From contig CM022673.1 in the NCBI GenBank assembly GCA_012295275.1, positions 15,872,001 to 15,936,000 on the forward strand: DNA of 64,000 bases. The letters are read 5' to 3'. This DNA is from Chrysomallon squamiferum (lineage: Eukaryota > Animalia > Mollusca). The notes beneath the pieces were generated by a model that was not told where the DNA came from, did no database searches, and saw only the letters and a program-made list of their open reading frames with translations. The position numbers were made by a program, and so were the translations under genes. This document shows positions 53,236-64,000 of the stretch, one piece after another. Every line of letters begins with the position of its first letter. The first letter of the stretch is position 1.

Positions 53236-55159
53236 GTTATTGTTACTGAAGGTGATGATTTAGTGGTAGTAGTAGTTTTAATAGTAATTGTAGTAGCTGC
53301 AGTAACAACATAAATGAAGCAAAATAAAAGTTATTTTGCCTTTGTGAACGATACATATTTAAAAAAAAATGCCTTACTGCTGGCTTATCGGATCGGCTTT
53401 TCTCTCAAAACGTATAACATAATTATTTTCTGACGCGCAACAAAGGACGACAGAAAATTAATGAATGTGCTCCTCCGGTGTAAACTGCAACACATGAGTT
53501 TCGTCCACATCTGTACATGAGAATCATAATTTATTTATCTCTGTAGCAAATGAACAAAAACAAATGACCGCGCTCTAGTAACCTTGTTTAGAGAATTATC
53601 CCACCAAAGATAACTCCTATCTCCGGACGTCATCTTGACAAACTAAACTCGATTGTTTCTGAAATGAATACCAAGATATTTTGTTAACTACAGAAACCGC
53701 TTGCCGGCTGTCACAATTACGGAAATTGCGACGTTGATTGCGTTGCCTTGTCATTAGTTAAAATTCCATTGCGAGGAGTACTTAGTTATTACTGAAAACT
53801 TCGCGTCCACCAAACGAACGAGATAAATTCACTATTTGATAAATGTTGTTTATTAACGAAACATAGAGTTTTAAGTGATCGTCTATGGACAATATCCGCT
53901 CTAGATGAAAAGAAAAAAAAACAAAACAACAACGATAAAACAAATTCGATTTACGGTTTTTAGAACATGTATGTAATATTACTTTTAAAAATAAAACAGT
54001 AAAATACTATTTTTACAAACGTGAAAATAATGTTTTCGAAGCACAGGGGAACACGTTAGAAACCCATTTAATAAAATAATGGATTTTAATGTATTCAAGC
54101 ATAGTGATGGGTTTCTACAAGTAAAATGGATTGTAATTAAAATAGAAGGCATCAATTTGACGCAAATAATACGAAACTATCGCTACTAAAAGGAATACTG
54201 ACTGACTCTGGCAAACATTGATATTTCATAATTTTTGTGCCTGAAGCAAATGATAAAATGCTACAATAATTTTTACTTGTTGTTATTACTATTAAAACAA
54301 ACCAAATATTTCCAATCATCAACTAAATGAAAAGGAGTGACACAATCAAATACGAAATTATGGCTAGTTTATGGCTATTGAAATTTAGCGTTGACAACAG
54401 AAAGTAATAATTTTTAAGTGCGAAAAAACATAAAATAATAAGTTTTTGACTGAATAAATATGAGATCAGTATTCATTTATTCATTCATTCCTTTTTATTT
54501 ATTTATTTATTATTTTAAAAGTAAACCTAAATTTTGGTATCTTTTATTAAAGAAAACAATAAAAATGAATTTTGAATATTTGGTAATGACATTTTTAGCA
54601 ACCACACCTAAACTCTAACTGTCAGAAGGTCAGAAACATCTTCTGGTCATTATTTGATTGTTTCTGACAACCAGTCTCGTGGGAAACGAGTTCCGCCGAA
54701 CGCGTGAGATAAGATTTCATTCAGTACGATGTGACTGTGAAATTGCAATGGATAGGTCCAGTTTATTGGTCAATTTAATAACAATGAGAACGGGCAGGTG
54801 GTTTTTCTCAAAGAAAAGTTACTCGATAATCCCGTCTGAAAACGAACTGCAACAAAAGTGTGCTAATTTAAAATGGCAAAGTTATTCTACGGTTAAACGT
54901 TACCTAATGATCTCCGGATATAACGAATTCCCTGGAAACTATTTTAGCCCGTGCATCCGATATACCGAAATTTTATAGCGAGAAATAAAGGAAAAATGGA
55001 AAGGATATTAGTATCGAGAGATCGCTGTGACGTGTTTCAGTCGAAAACTGTTACACTTTGAGAATTCATGCGAGAAATATTTTATAAATAAATACTAGTT
55101 GTTTTTTTTTGATTTTGGTACTTTTAATAAAACTAATATGTCTTATTTTCTTACATTTG

Positions 55160-55197
<38 letters not shown>

Positions 55198-55920
55198 TTT
55201 CATTTAATAATTATAATCATTAATATATTTTAGTCTCACCCTTCAGAAAAAAAAATAACAATAAATAATTAAATATTCAAAAAAGAAAATTAAGGAAGAA
55301 GAAGGAAAAATATATATCTTTATCATTCTTTTTACTTTTTTCTTTTTCTTTTCTTTTAATCAATGAAAGAAAAGTCGGTGAATTCAGCACTAGAATTCAA
55401 GACCGTTAACTCCTTACGGAAGCAGCATGTGTCATCTTAAACCTTTACTTGTGACATTGTCGTTGGCTAGCAAAGTGATTTAGTTTGAAAGGTAGTAATT
55501 AAAATTAACTTTTTGTCCTCGGGTGGTGACATATGATAACAGAAGTCATGAAAATGGCAGACATTTGAAATTATCATACTTTTTTTATTTCGATCATATT
55601 CTCCTAACATTAGTTTCATTTTCAACAAAATGCCTCAATTTGGTGTATAGACTACAAACGTAATCCAATATATATTCTTTTTAACTACACTTTTTCTCAA
55701 TATAATTGGTCCAGTTTTTTTTTTTGGAAAAATTAATTTAAAAAGAAAAAAGAAAACAAAAAAAGGAATATAAAAATAAAAAAAGAAAGAGAAAAGTGAA
55801 GAATGAACTCAAAATAAACATAATTAAAGGCATATTATGACTATTTTGTATCCAGAAACTTTGGAGCAAGAATGAGTTCTAGGTCAGTGTCAGTTTATTT
55901 CTGCCGATCTATTTATATGC

Positions 55921-56010
<90 letters not shown>

Positions 56011-56190
56011 ATTAGTTTTTTAAGAAAATGTTTGGACATAAATTTACGTCTCTAAATTTCGTCAGTTTTACATTAATTATACACCACAGCGAATCATACA
56101 CAGTTGAACAAAAACGTGAATTTATTTTAAACATGAAACGCACATACAAATGGTCAAACGGGATTATACTAAATAATAATAATAATAATA

Positions 56191-56230
<40 letters not shown>

Positions 56231-56507
56231 GAAGTGAAAAAAGGAAAAAAGGGTAATAAAGCTAATAAAATTAATCACCCTCAAAATACCCACCCCCGAT
56301 TGTGGATCTATCTTCGATACCCCTAATGTTATTCATTGCTGTCAAGTCTGTTATGTAAATTTTAGTTTTTCTCTGTAATACCAAACTTTCGTTTGCAAAC
56401 AAGACCAAACAAGTGTTAAGCGTTCGGTTGCCACAACTTCTTTTTTTTTTCAAATATCTAAACATTTACAAAATGGTTTTGTTACCTCTTAAGAACAGAT
56501 ATTGGAA

Positions 56508-56543
<36 letters not shown>

Positions 56544-56935
56544 TTCCCCGCTAATCAGTGTAGAATCAAAAACTGATTCCTTTGTGGTTTCGTGGCTTGA
56601 CTGAACAAAACAACAGTTTGCTAATATCAGCTTGATCAAACAGTTAAAAGCGAACTGGTCATGTTTATATTTCGCGATTAGTCTACATATTCACAATTTG
56701 TTTGGAAATAAGGAACAGCATGTTTGGTCGGATTTGAAAACAAAAGTTTAGTTGTATTCTTAGGGCTTAACAGATTCTCAAGTGCAAAATTTTCTTTGGA
56801 TGGATTTTATTTACAAAATCACTTCTCCCTCTTATTTGATCAGGAAAAACCCAAACATAACGATAAAATTGCAAACGTAAGTTGAAAATAACATGTTAAA
56901 AAGTCAACAAACAAAAAAATAAGCCTCGTTTTTAT

Positions 56936-56966
<31 letters not shown>

Positions 56967-57317
56967 ATCTGCTGTATGTTTTGGTTTCTTTGTTAGTTTC
57001 GTTTTCATCGTTGCTCGCTAAATCATATAATGACAATGTCTGCATAAATCTTCAGATCTTCATTGAATCCCACTCTCTCTAAAAACATGAGTACGTCCAT
57101 TTATATGTGAAAAATAAATATAAAATCACAGCGTTATGTTTTCTTCTTCTTTTGATTCACTTTGTTTGTAATTTTGAGTCAGTTCTTTGGTTCTTTTTTT
57201 TGTGTAATTTTTTGTATTTTCATTTTAGAAACAAGAATAATACTACTGTCCCATGAGATGACGAAGGCTAAAACATCGGACGCTTCCATTCTTGTTTTTA
57301 AAATCAACAAGAAAGAA

Positions 57318-58288
57318 CTACGAAGTTTCCTGTTCGTCTCCTGTCGTGGAGTCACGTTTGCCAAATCTCATGAACCTTTTGCCGAATCTCATGAATTTCT
57401 TTTCTGGACCGTCGCGTCCAAATCGCATGAACCTCTTCCCAAACCTCATGAAACGTTTCTCATCCTCTGACCCTCTTCCAAATCTCATGAACCTCTTCTC
57501 TGCTGGCTCTCTGCCGAACCTCATAAAGCGTTTATCCTTTTCGTTATCTCTTCCGAACCTCATAAAGCGTTTGTCTTTTTCGTTATCTCTTCCGAACCTC
57601 ATAAAGCGTTTGTCTTTTTCGTTATCTCTTCCGAACCTCATAAAGCGTTTGTCTTTTTCGTTATCTCTTCCAAACCGCATGAATCTTTTTTCATCTTCTA
57701 TGTTATCGTCATCTTCGTTATCGATTGCTTCATCTTCATCAACGAAATCTGAGTCATCATCTCCGCGGCCAAACCTCATGAATCTTTTCCCAAATCTCAT
57801 AAACCTTTTGTCTGGTTCTCTTCCAAACCTCATGAACCGTTTTTCGTCTTCGCCATCTCTGCCGAATCTCATGAAGCGTTTTTCTTCTTCGCCGTCACGC
57901 CCGAACCTCATAAACCGCTTTCCAAATCTCATGAACCTCTTTCCGAACCTCATAAATCTCTTATCCTTCTCCAAATTTTCATCGGCTTCTCTCTTCTCCA
58001 CATCTTTGGAATCTGCAGCTTCTTCTGGAAGTTTGGAATCAGTTTTGGCGGAGGTGTCTTCAACTGATCTCTTCTTCCGAGAAGGGATAGAACCTCTGTC
58101 GTACTCTGCTTCGATTAGCGCGGTTTTGATAAGATCATCTAGAGAATCGGCGTCTGACCTTCCGAACCTGAGAAATCGTTTTTCTTGTTTCGGTCTGCCA
58201 ATGCGGTAAAACTGACGTCCAAAACGCAAGAAACTTTCGCCACTCAGACCTCTGCCAAATCGAAGGAATCTTTTGTCCACGCTCGAGC
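57318..58288 (-). CDS. FMRFa: FMRFamide precursor, tetrapeptide exon (signal-peptide exon not found in the window)
   Basis: Acceptor TTTTTCAG at 58289, phase 1. Encodes 17x FMRFG, 2x FLRFG, decapeptide [32 protein letters not shown] spacer and RKKR furin site, the canonical molluscan layout. Confidence 0.97.
57514..57669. repeat. 39-bp coding tandem repeat x4 ([13 protein letters not shown])
   Basis: CCGAACCTCATAAAGCGTTTGTCTTTTTCGTTATCTCTT; three copies identical, one with two substitutions. Confidence 0.9.
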
Positions 58289-58819
58289 CTGAAAAATATT
58301 AACAAAACGGATAAAGTAAATTATAATAACAGAGGTAAACCGTTCGCTCACTCTGCAGAGAGTTAACTTGTCTTCTTGGCTTAATTTTTAAAAAAAAAGA
58401 AAAAAGAAAAAAAATAGGAATGAAGTTAGCTACCTATCGGGAAATTTCTGCGGTTGTTTTGGTTTAAATCATTTTTAAAATTTAGAAGCCAGAAAAGTGC
58501 AATTGTTTAGTTTTCTGTCTTGAACAATGAAATGGTTAAATAAAAACTTAACTTTACTTACCAAAATGTGCCTCGAGTTTTGTTCACTTCAAAAATGTTC
58601 TCGAAGAAATCACGCAGTATTCTTGATAAAAACAGAAACAAAATGAGACGAGGATGAAATTTTGAAAACGAAAAAAGAAAAAAAAATGATGTGTTATGAT
58701 TTTATCCCAAACAATTGCACGCAAAAATTTCCCGATGTCATTAAGGATAATAAAGGAAAGTTTCCAACTTCAACAGACTGCAGCTGCAGCCAGAATATGA
58801 ATCTGAAACGCAAGTTCAA

Positions 58820-59110
58820 AGAAATACTTCGAAACCAAATCTTTGTAACACAAGGAATATTTTTCACACATAAAAGAAATACTTCAAAGCCATATTTTTG
58901 TAATACGAGAAATAATATCTGTGTAAAACAAGAAAAATATTTCGGAACCACATTTTTGAAACATACAAGAACTATTTCGAAATCGTATCTTTCTAATATG
59001 TCAAATATGTCGAAATAATATTTGTTTGAAACAAAAGATATGTTTCGAAACCAAATCTGTGTAACACGAAATACAGTTTCAAAACCAAAATTCTGTAAAA
59101 AGACGAAGAT
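58820..59110. repeat. Degenerate ~33-bp tandem repeat in the FMRFamide intron
   Basis: Recurring AAATA.TTCGAAACC.AAT.T.TGTAACAC units. Confidence 0.5.
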
Positions 59111-59715
59111 GTATTTGACACAGATATATAATAATTAAATGTTTACTGCGGCCTTTTTAAAGCTCAATTCTTAATACCAAAAAATTATTTTATGACTAAG
59201 AAGAGAAAATGTAGATATTATTTTTTTTTAAATATATCTATAAAAATATACATTTATATATTTTGATGTAAGATGGACAGTTGTCTTTTATTCTGAAAAT
59301 GACCAATCATGAAACACAATACACGTCCACAAGCAAAGAAATAATAATTTAAAAATACGAAAATAAAAGGACTGCTGGCAAACCTATAAATAATATCAGT
59401 TTTATAAAGAAACATTCCTATTTGGATTTAATTTTTTTTTTTTTTAAATATTTATGCATTAATAAAAATTTTAAAAACTAAAGAAGCAAAGCAAACAATA
59501 ACTCCATAAGCAACGACAATTTTCTATATGTAAATTTTCAAAAGAAAACAGTTACATATCGCAGTGTTTGATAAAGCTGTTAGTATTAATCAATGGACGC
59601 AAGAGTGCATGATTTATTCTATCTGGTGTTTCACGGTCCAGAATTATTAATTATTTCACATTAAGTCTTATAGCTAAAACTCTATGAAAGTGGAGAGTCT
59701 TTCAGACAATTTAAA

Positions 59716-59784
<69 letters not shown>

Positions 59785-59867
59785 TGGCTAATATGTTTAA
59801 TACTTTATTATTCTCTTTTATTCTTGTAGAATATTTTATTTATTTATTTATTTATTTATTTACATTA

Positions 59868-60176
59868 CAGGTACCGGCGTCCTGAAATCCGGAAAGACCC
59901 GAAAACCGCAAGTTTTTCCCGACGCTGTTTTCATAGTACGCGCACGCGGGTGTTATCCTCACCAGACTACTCTTTCAAGCCGCGTGACGTTCATTCATTG
60001 TTTACGTGTCGAGTCGCCACAGCGGTGTATCGTCAGTTTTCTTTATGGTTTTCAATTTTAAAATTATTATGCCTAATTATTTAGTATTTAGATGCCTTGG
60101 TACCAGAAAACCTGAAAATCCAGAAAACCGGAATGCCTCAGGACCGAAGGAGTCCGGATAATTGGTCTGGTACCTG
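59868..60176. mobile_element. 309-bp Tc1/mariner(pogo)-type MITE
   Basis: TA|CAGGTACC ... GGTACCTG|TA: 8-bp perfect TIR, TA target duplication, subterminal TCCGGA at both ends and internal GAAAA(T)CC(G/A)G repeats. Confidence 0.75.
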
Positions 60177-62685
60177 TATTTGATTTGGTTGTGTTTTTTG
60201 CGATATTCTTGTTTTAAGATATATATAGATAGTGCATTTGTATAAAGAATATCCACATGCAGGTCCGTTTCGTTTTTAAATTTTCATTAAATTAACTGCA
60301 TTTAGTTTTCATTTTCTTTATATGAACTGCATTTGCTTTTCATTATCTTCAAATTAACTACATTTAATTTTCGTTTTCTTTAAATTAAGTTCTTTCCTTT
60401 CTTTTGAAGACAACAAGTCGACGTGTGTATCGTGGGATTTACTTCAAAACAATATGCGAAAAGTACGCACGGTTTCTTTGATTACTTTACTTTAATTTCA
60501 ATTACATGCCGACTTTTGATTCCTTGGGTAACTTAACCATCTGCCAATGTAACCTCTGCGGGATCGTCCGTATTGTTGAAATAAAATCATGCACAGTTCA
60601 AGAAAAGCTTGCAACAATTTCAAGAAAATGTTATTAGGATTTTACTTGATAAGTGATCACAACTGGGAAATCAAATTCGCTTCTGCTCCGACCTGCAATA
60701 TCTCACTTTTCACGCATGGGAACACGCCATTTTAAGCGCCCTGTTGTGACTGCTTCGCGAAACAATGCTACGCTGAACTTTCGGCGGAAAGTATACGTAC
60801 GGTGAATACTCAATGCGATAAAGGGACATAATCAGATTTCGCATAAAAATGAATGGATAACGGCTCTGTACTGGGTTATAATTCTAAAAACTGGTCGAGA
60901 GAAAAATTTTGAAATAACAGAGCCAAATTTATAAATTATTTTAGCATACTGATACTATAATCTGTTTTGCATACTTTTAAAATTCATAATAATAATACTA
61001 CTAATAATAATAGTAGTAATAGTAAGTAATAATAATAATAACAACAACAACAATAATGATAATAATAAGAAGAAGCACAACATCAATAACAATAATAATA
61101 ATAATGAAACATCTTGGTGTGGGGGGGACTGCATGTGAAACAAATGTCTTTTTTTCATTTTATATAATTAATGTTTTATTTTATTTTATACTTCTCTTGT
61201 TTTCTATATTTTATTATATTTTATTTCGTTTTATGTTATTTTATTTTTGTGCCAATGATATATATGTAACCGAAATGTTCGGGTGCAGGGTAGTAAACCA
61301 GAAACCACTGACGACAAAATTAATAAGACAGAATTCGAACCTAATCATTACCACTGAGCATTAATCTCAACAGACTCAGAGAAATATTTTTATGATTAGT
61401 CATGCATGTGTAAAATATTCAATAAAAAAAAAACAAAAAAAAAAGGTAATTTCATACCGAAATTAAGAGAACTGTTGTATTTCAGTGAAGTTAAATAGTA
61501 ACAAAGATATTTATTTATGTATCACAGCGTTATATTGTTTAATGCTAATCATTTCCAGATAGCTTGTAAACAATGTGTACCAGGGGTTTTCTGCTCTTGT
61601 TTCATCTTAACAAACTAACATTTATGACCGCTAATGTGATTTATGTTTAAGCACTGTAATTCCTTTTAAAATGTTTGTTGTCTACATCGACAATTAAAAT
61701 AGTCTGTTTAGGTATAATTAAACAACTATACATTCATTTAACACCAAATTAGAATACGTATATCGGACAACTAAATCGAATTCACTTTCAGTTATATTTG
61801 TGAAATATTCCTTTATAATTTCAGTACATTATTCCTTTCTGATCGACATTTTCAAGCAATTGTCTATGTATTTATTCGCTAACTTGCGAGTACATTCAAT
61901 GGTGCATTTAGTTTCTATTTTGTTTCGTTATTTATCGTCATTTTGTTGAAGACAAGCGACTCGATGCTTACCGTATACTTCTATATATAAGTCGATTTAT
62001 ATTTATACATCTAAATTATTTTCTGGTTAATCAAATAGATGAAGATATGTTTATGGTCATTTATAACTGCCACGAATAACTTTACACTAAAACAAGGTTG
62101 TTTTGTAATCGATGGAGTGATAAGAGAAGTTATATTGTTGCCAGAGACAAATGTGACTTATAGGGGAAGATATACGGTATGCGACACAGCCGCCGGCTAC
62201 ATTATTTCAAGATCATTAAATTATGAGTGTCCATTACTCGTTGTGGAAGCAGTTAAACGGTGAACCCTGTTTGAATTAACAAAGTTTCGCTGCCGGCTGT
62301 TTGTAACAGATCACCAAAGTCGTTTTCATTAATTTCCATTTACGAAAGACAGATATTTCGGTATGAGGCGGGAATACTTTTGTTTTAAACGTGAGTTTTA
62401 ACGATTAGGGACAAAAAGAACAGAGTCGTATGAAAGAGAGTTTTAACAGATTATAAAGACTGTGACAATATAAAAAGTACATAACATCATGCATTGCAGT
62501 CTAGTCTAAACAATTTAAGTAATCAAGCATTGACAAATTTCCATGTATACTTCTATCCCCGACTTTTTTGTACTTGTTTCTTTATTTATTTATTTCATTA
62601 GTCGAGCGCATAGTAACGTCAAAGGACAGGAATTAATGTAGCGGTGTATGTAGATGTGTGCTTGCTGGCGTCGGGGTGGCTGTGT

Positions 62686-62766
<81 letters not shown>

Positions 62767-64000
62767 CATAAAGTAGCAATCGTTTTGAAACCGGAAACGG
62801 AAAAGCACTAAGATGGCGAATATTTCCGATATTAAGCGAACTTATTTTATTCCTGAATGTTTCTGACGAATAATTTAATAGTAACCTAAAATAAGGATCT
62901 CTATTAAATCAAAAACAAATTTTCACCCACTTCTTTCGAGTTTCCATGACTTTTGATTATCTTATCGAATTAAAAGATCAGACTTTAATTTCGTTACTAG
63001 CATTAACAAACAGTCACGTGATGCAAACTTACTTTATTATTTCTGTTTAAAGCTTTCTCTCAGATAGATGGCAGTGTAAACAGCGCGTATGATTACAGAC
63101 AAGTCAGCTAATGGCGCACGGTAAGCCAGTTACCGTAAATAACCTATTTACAGCGCCGCGTTAGTTATTAATGTGTGGGTTTTATATTAGATAAAAATGT
63201 ACAGTAAATTAATGCGTCAGTGTGAAATGCGTCACATAATATGATATAGTAAGTGAATTAAATAATAATTATATTTCTTGTAATCAATAATACGTGGTGA
63301 ATAATAATAATAATAATAATAAGTATTAGTATTAGTATTAACAACAACAACGATAATAATAATGATAATAACAACAATGGCACCAATAGCATGGTGATTA
63401 TTATGATGATGATGATGATGATGGTGATGATGAAAACAATAGCAACAACAACAAGAGTAATATATTTGATTTTTACTATTATGATATGTCTGGAGGGGGG
63501 GATGAAATGATATTTACATAGACCAGCCATTAGTTAAACGTTTTTTCCTTTTTCATTCCGATGTTCGTTCTCTAAATATTTCCAGCACTTTATTCTGACA
63601 TTTGTCTCGTTCGGTTTGATTGGATAAAGAAACACAAACAGCAGCATGTCAAACGGGCTGTAATTTGTTGCACTCTTTATTAAACTCGATGGTAAAATAA
63701 ACAATGATACAGCAACGATGGAAATCGAGAAATTACGAAGCTGACGTTAAATCGAAACCGTTTTAAGAGTTTTTCTTTACTAACTTCGCCCTGTCTGACT
63801 TCTCTAATGTTGTGTACAGAATAACCGTGCTTTGACTATTTTTATCGATCACACATACTAAAAGAACTGTAACATTTCGGCTTTCTTTTCTTTTTTCTCC
63901 CCTTTTTATAAAGATTTTTTATTTTTTTTTTTTTTTTTATTTTATATATATTTTTTTTTTTAATGGAAGTGATTGTTGTTGTTGTTATTATTGTTATCAT

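Noticed and set aside
53378-53429. Candidate small exon ENNYVIRFERKADPISQ upstream of the alternative FMRF exon
   Set aside because: Faintly RFamide-like, but the 52-nt exon ends in phase 2 while the next acceptor needs phase 1, and there is no amidation Gly.
54895-54980. pogo/Tigger-like terminal fragment (GATATAACGAA...CCGATATACCGAAATTTTA)
   Set aside because: Only one degraded end with no matching TIR; ORF 54658-54978 has no recognisable motif.
57318-57960. Repeat-spacer pattern resembling a CRISPR array
   Set aside because: The repeats are codon-degenerate neuropeptide units in a eukaryotic ORF; no cas genes.
57292-58209. 305-aa plus-strand ORF (PNLMNL repeats)
   Set aside because: Antisense shadow of the repetitive FMRFamide exon; the same applies to 52371-52940 over the alternative exon.
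58290-64000. FMRFamide signal-peptide exon
   Set aside because: No convincing ATG plus hydrophobic segment plus phase-1 donor found on the minus strand; probably beyond the window.

Overview
AT-rich, microsatellite-dense eukaryotic genomic DNA with GT-AG spliceosomal introns, almost certainly a gastropod mollusc judging by the FMRFamide precursor. Genes were rebuilt by hand exon by exon with splice-phase checks. Left to right: ADA2/ADGF (5' part, minus, runs off the left edge); ISOC2-like (minus) head-to-head with H6PD (plus); an intact, intron-containing PDX1 (minus) / PDX2 (plus) pair, i.e. both subunits of the de novo vitamin B6 (PLP) synthase, arranged divergently and apparently sharing a ~360 bp promoter between two non-coding first exons; TMEM263; an unrecognised 5-exon gene for a 213-aa Cys/His-rich protein with an upstream RFX X-box; ILRUN/C6orf106; several non-autonomous repeats/MITEs; and the 3' part of an FMRFamide gene with two same-phase terminal exons. 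One exon encodes 17x FMRFamide; the other encodes divergent RF/RW/RI/HF-amides and looks like a peptide-by-peptide duplicate of the first. The top candidate system is the head-to-head PDX1/PDX2 locus in an animal. No database searches were run; family calls rest on recognised motifs.
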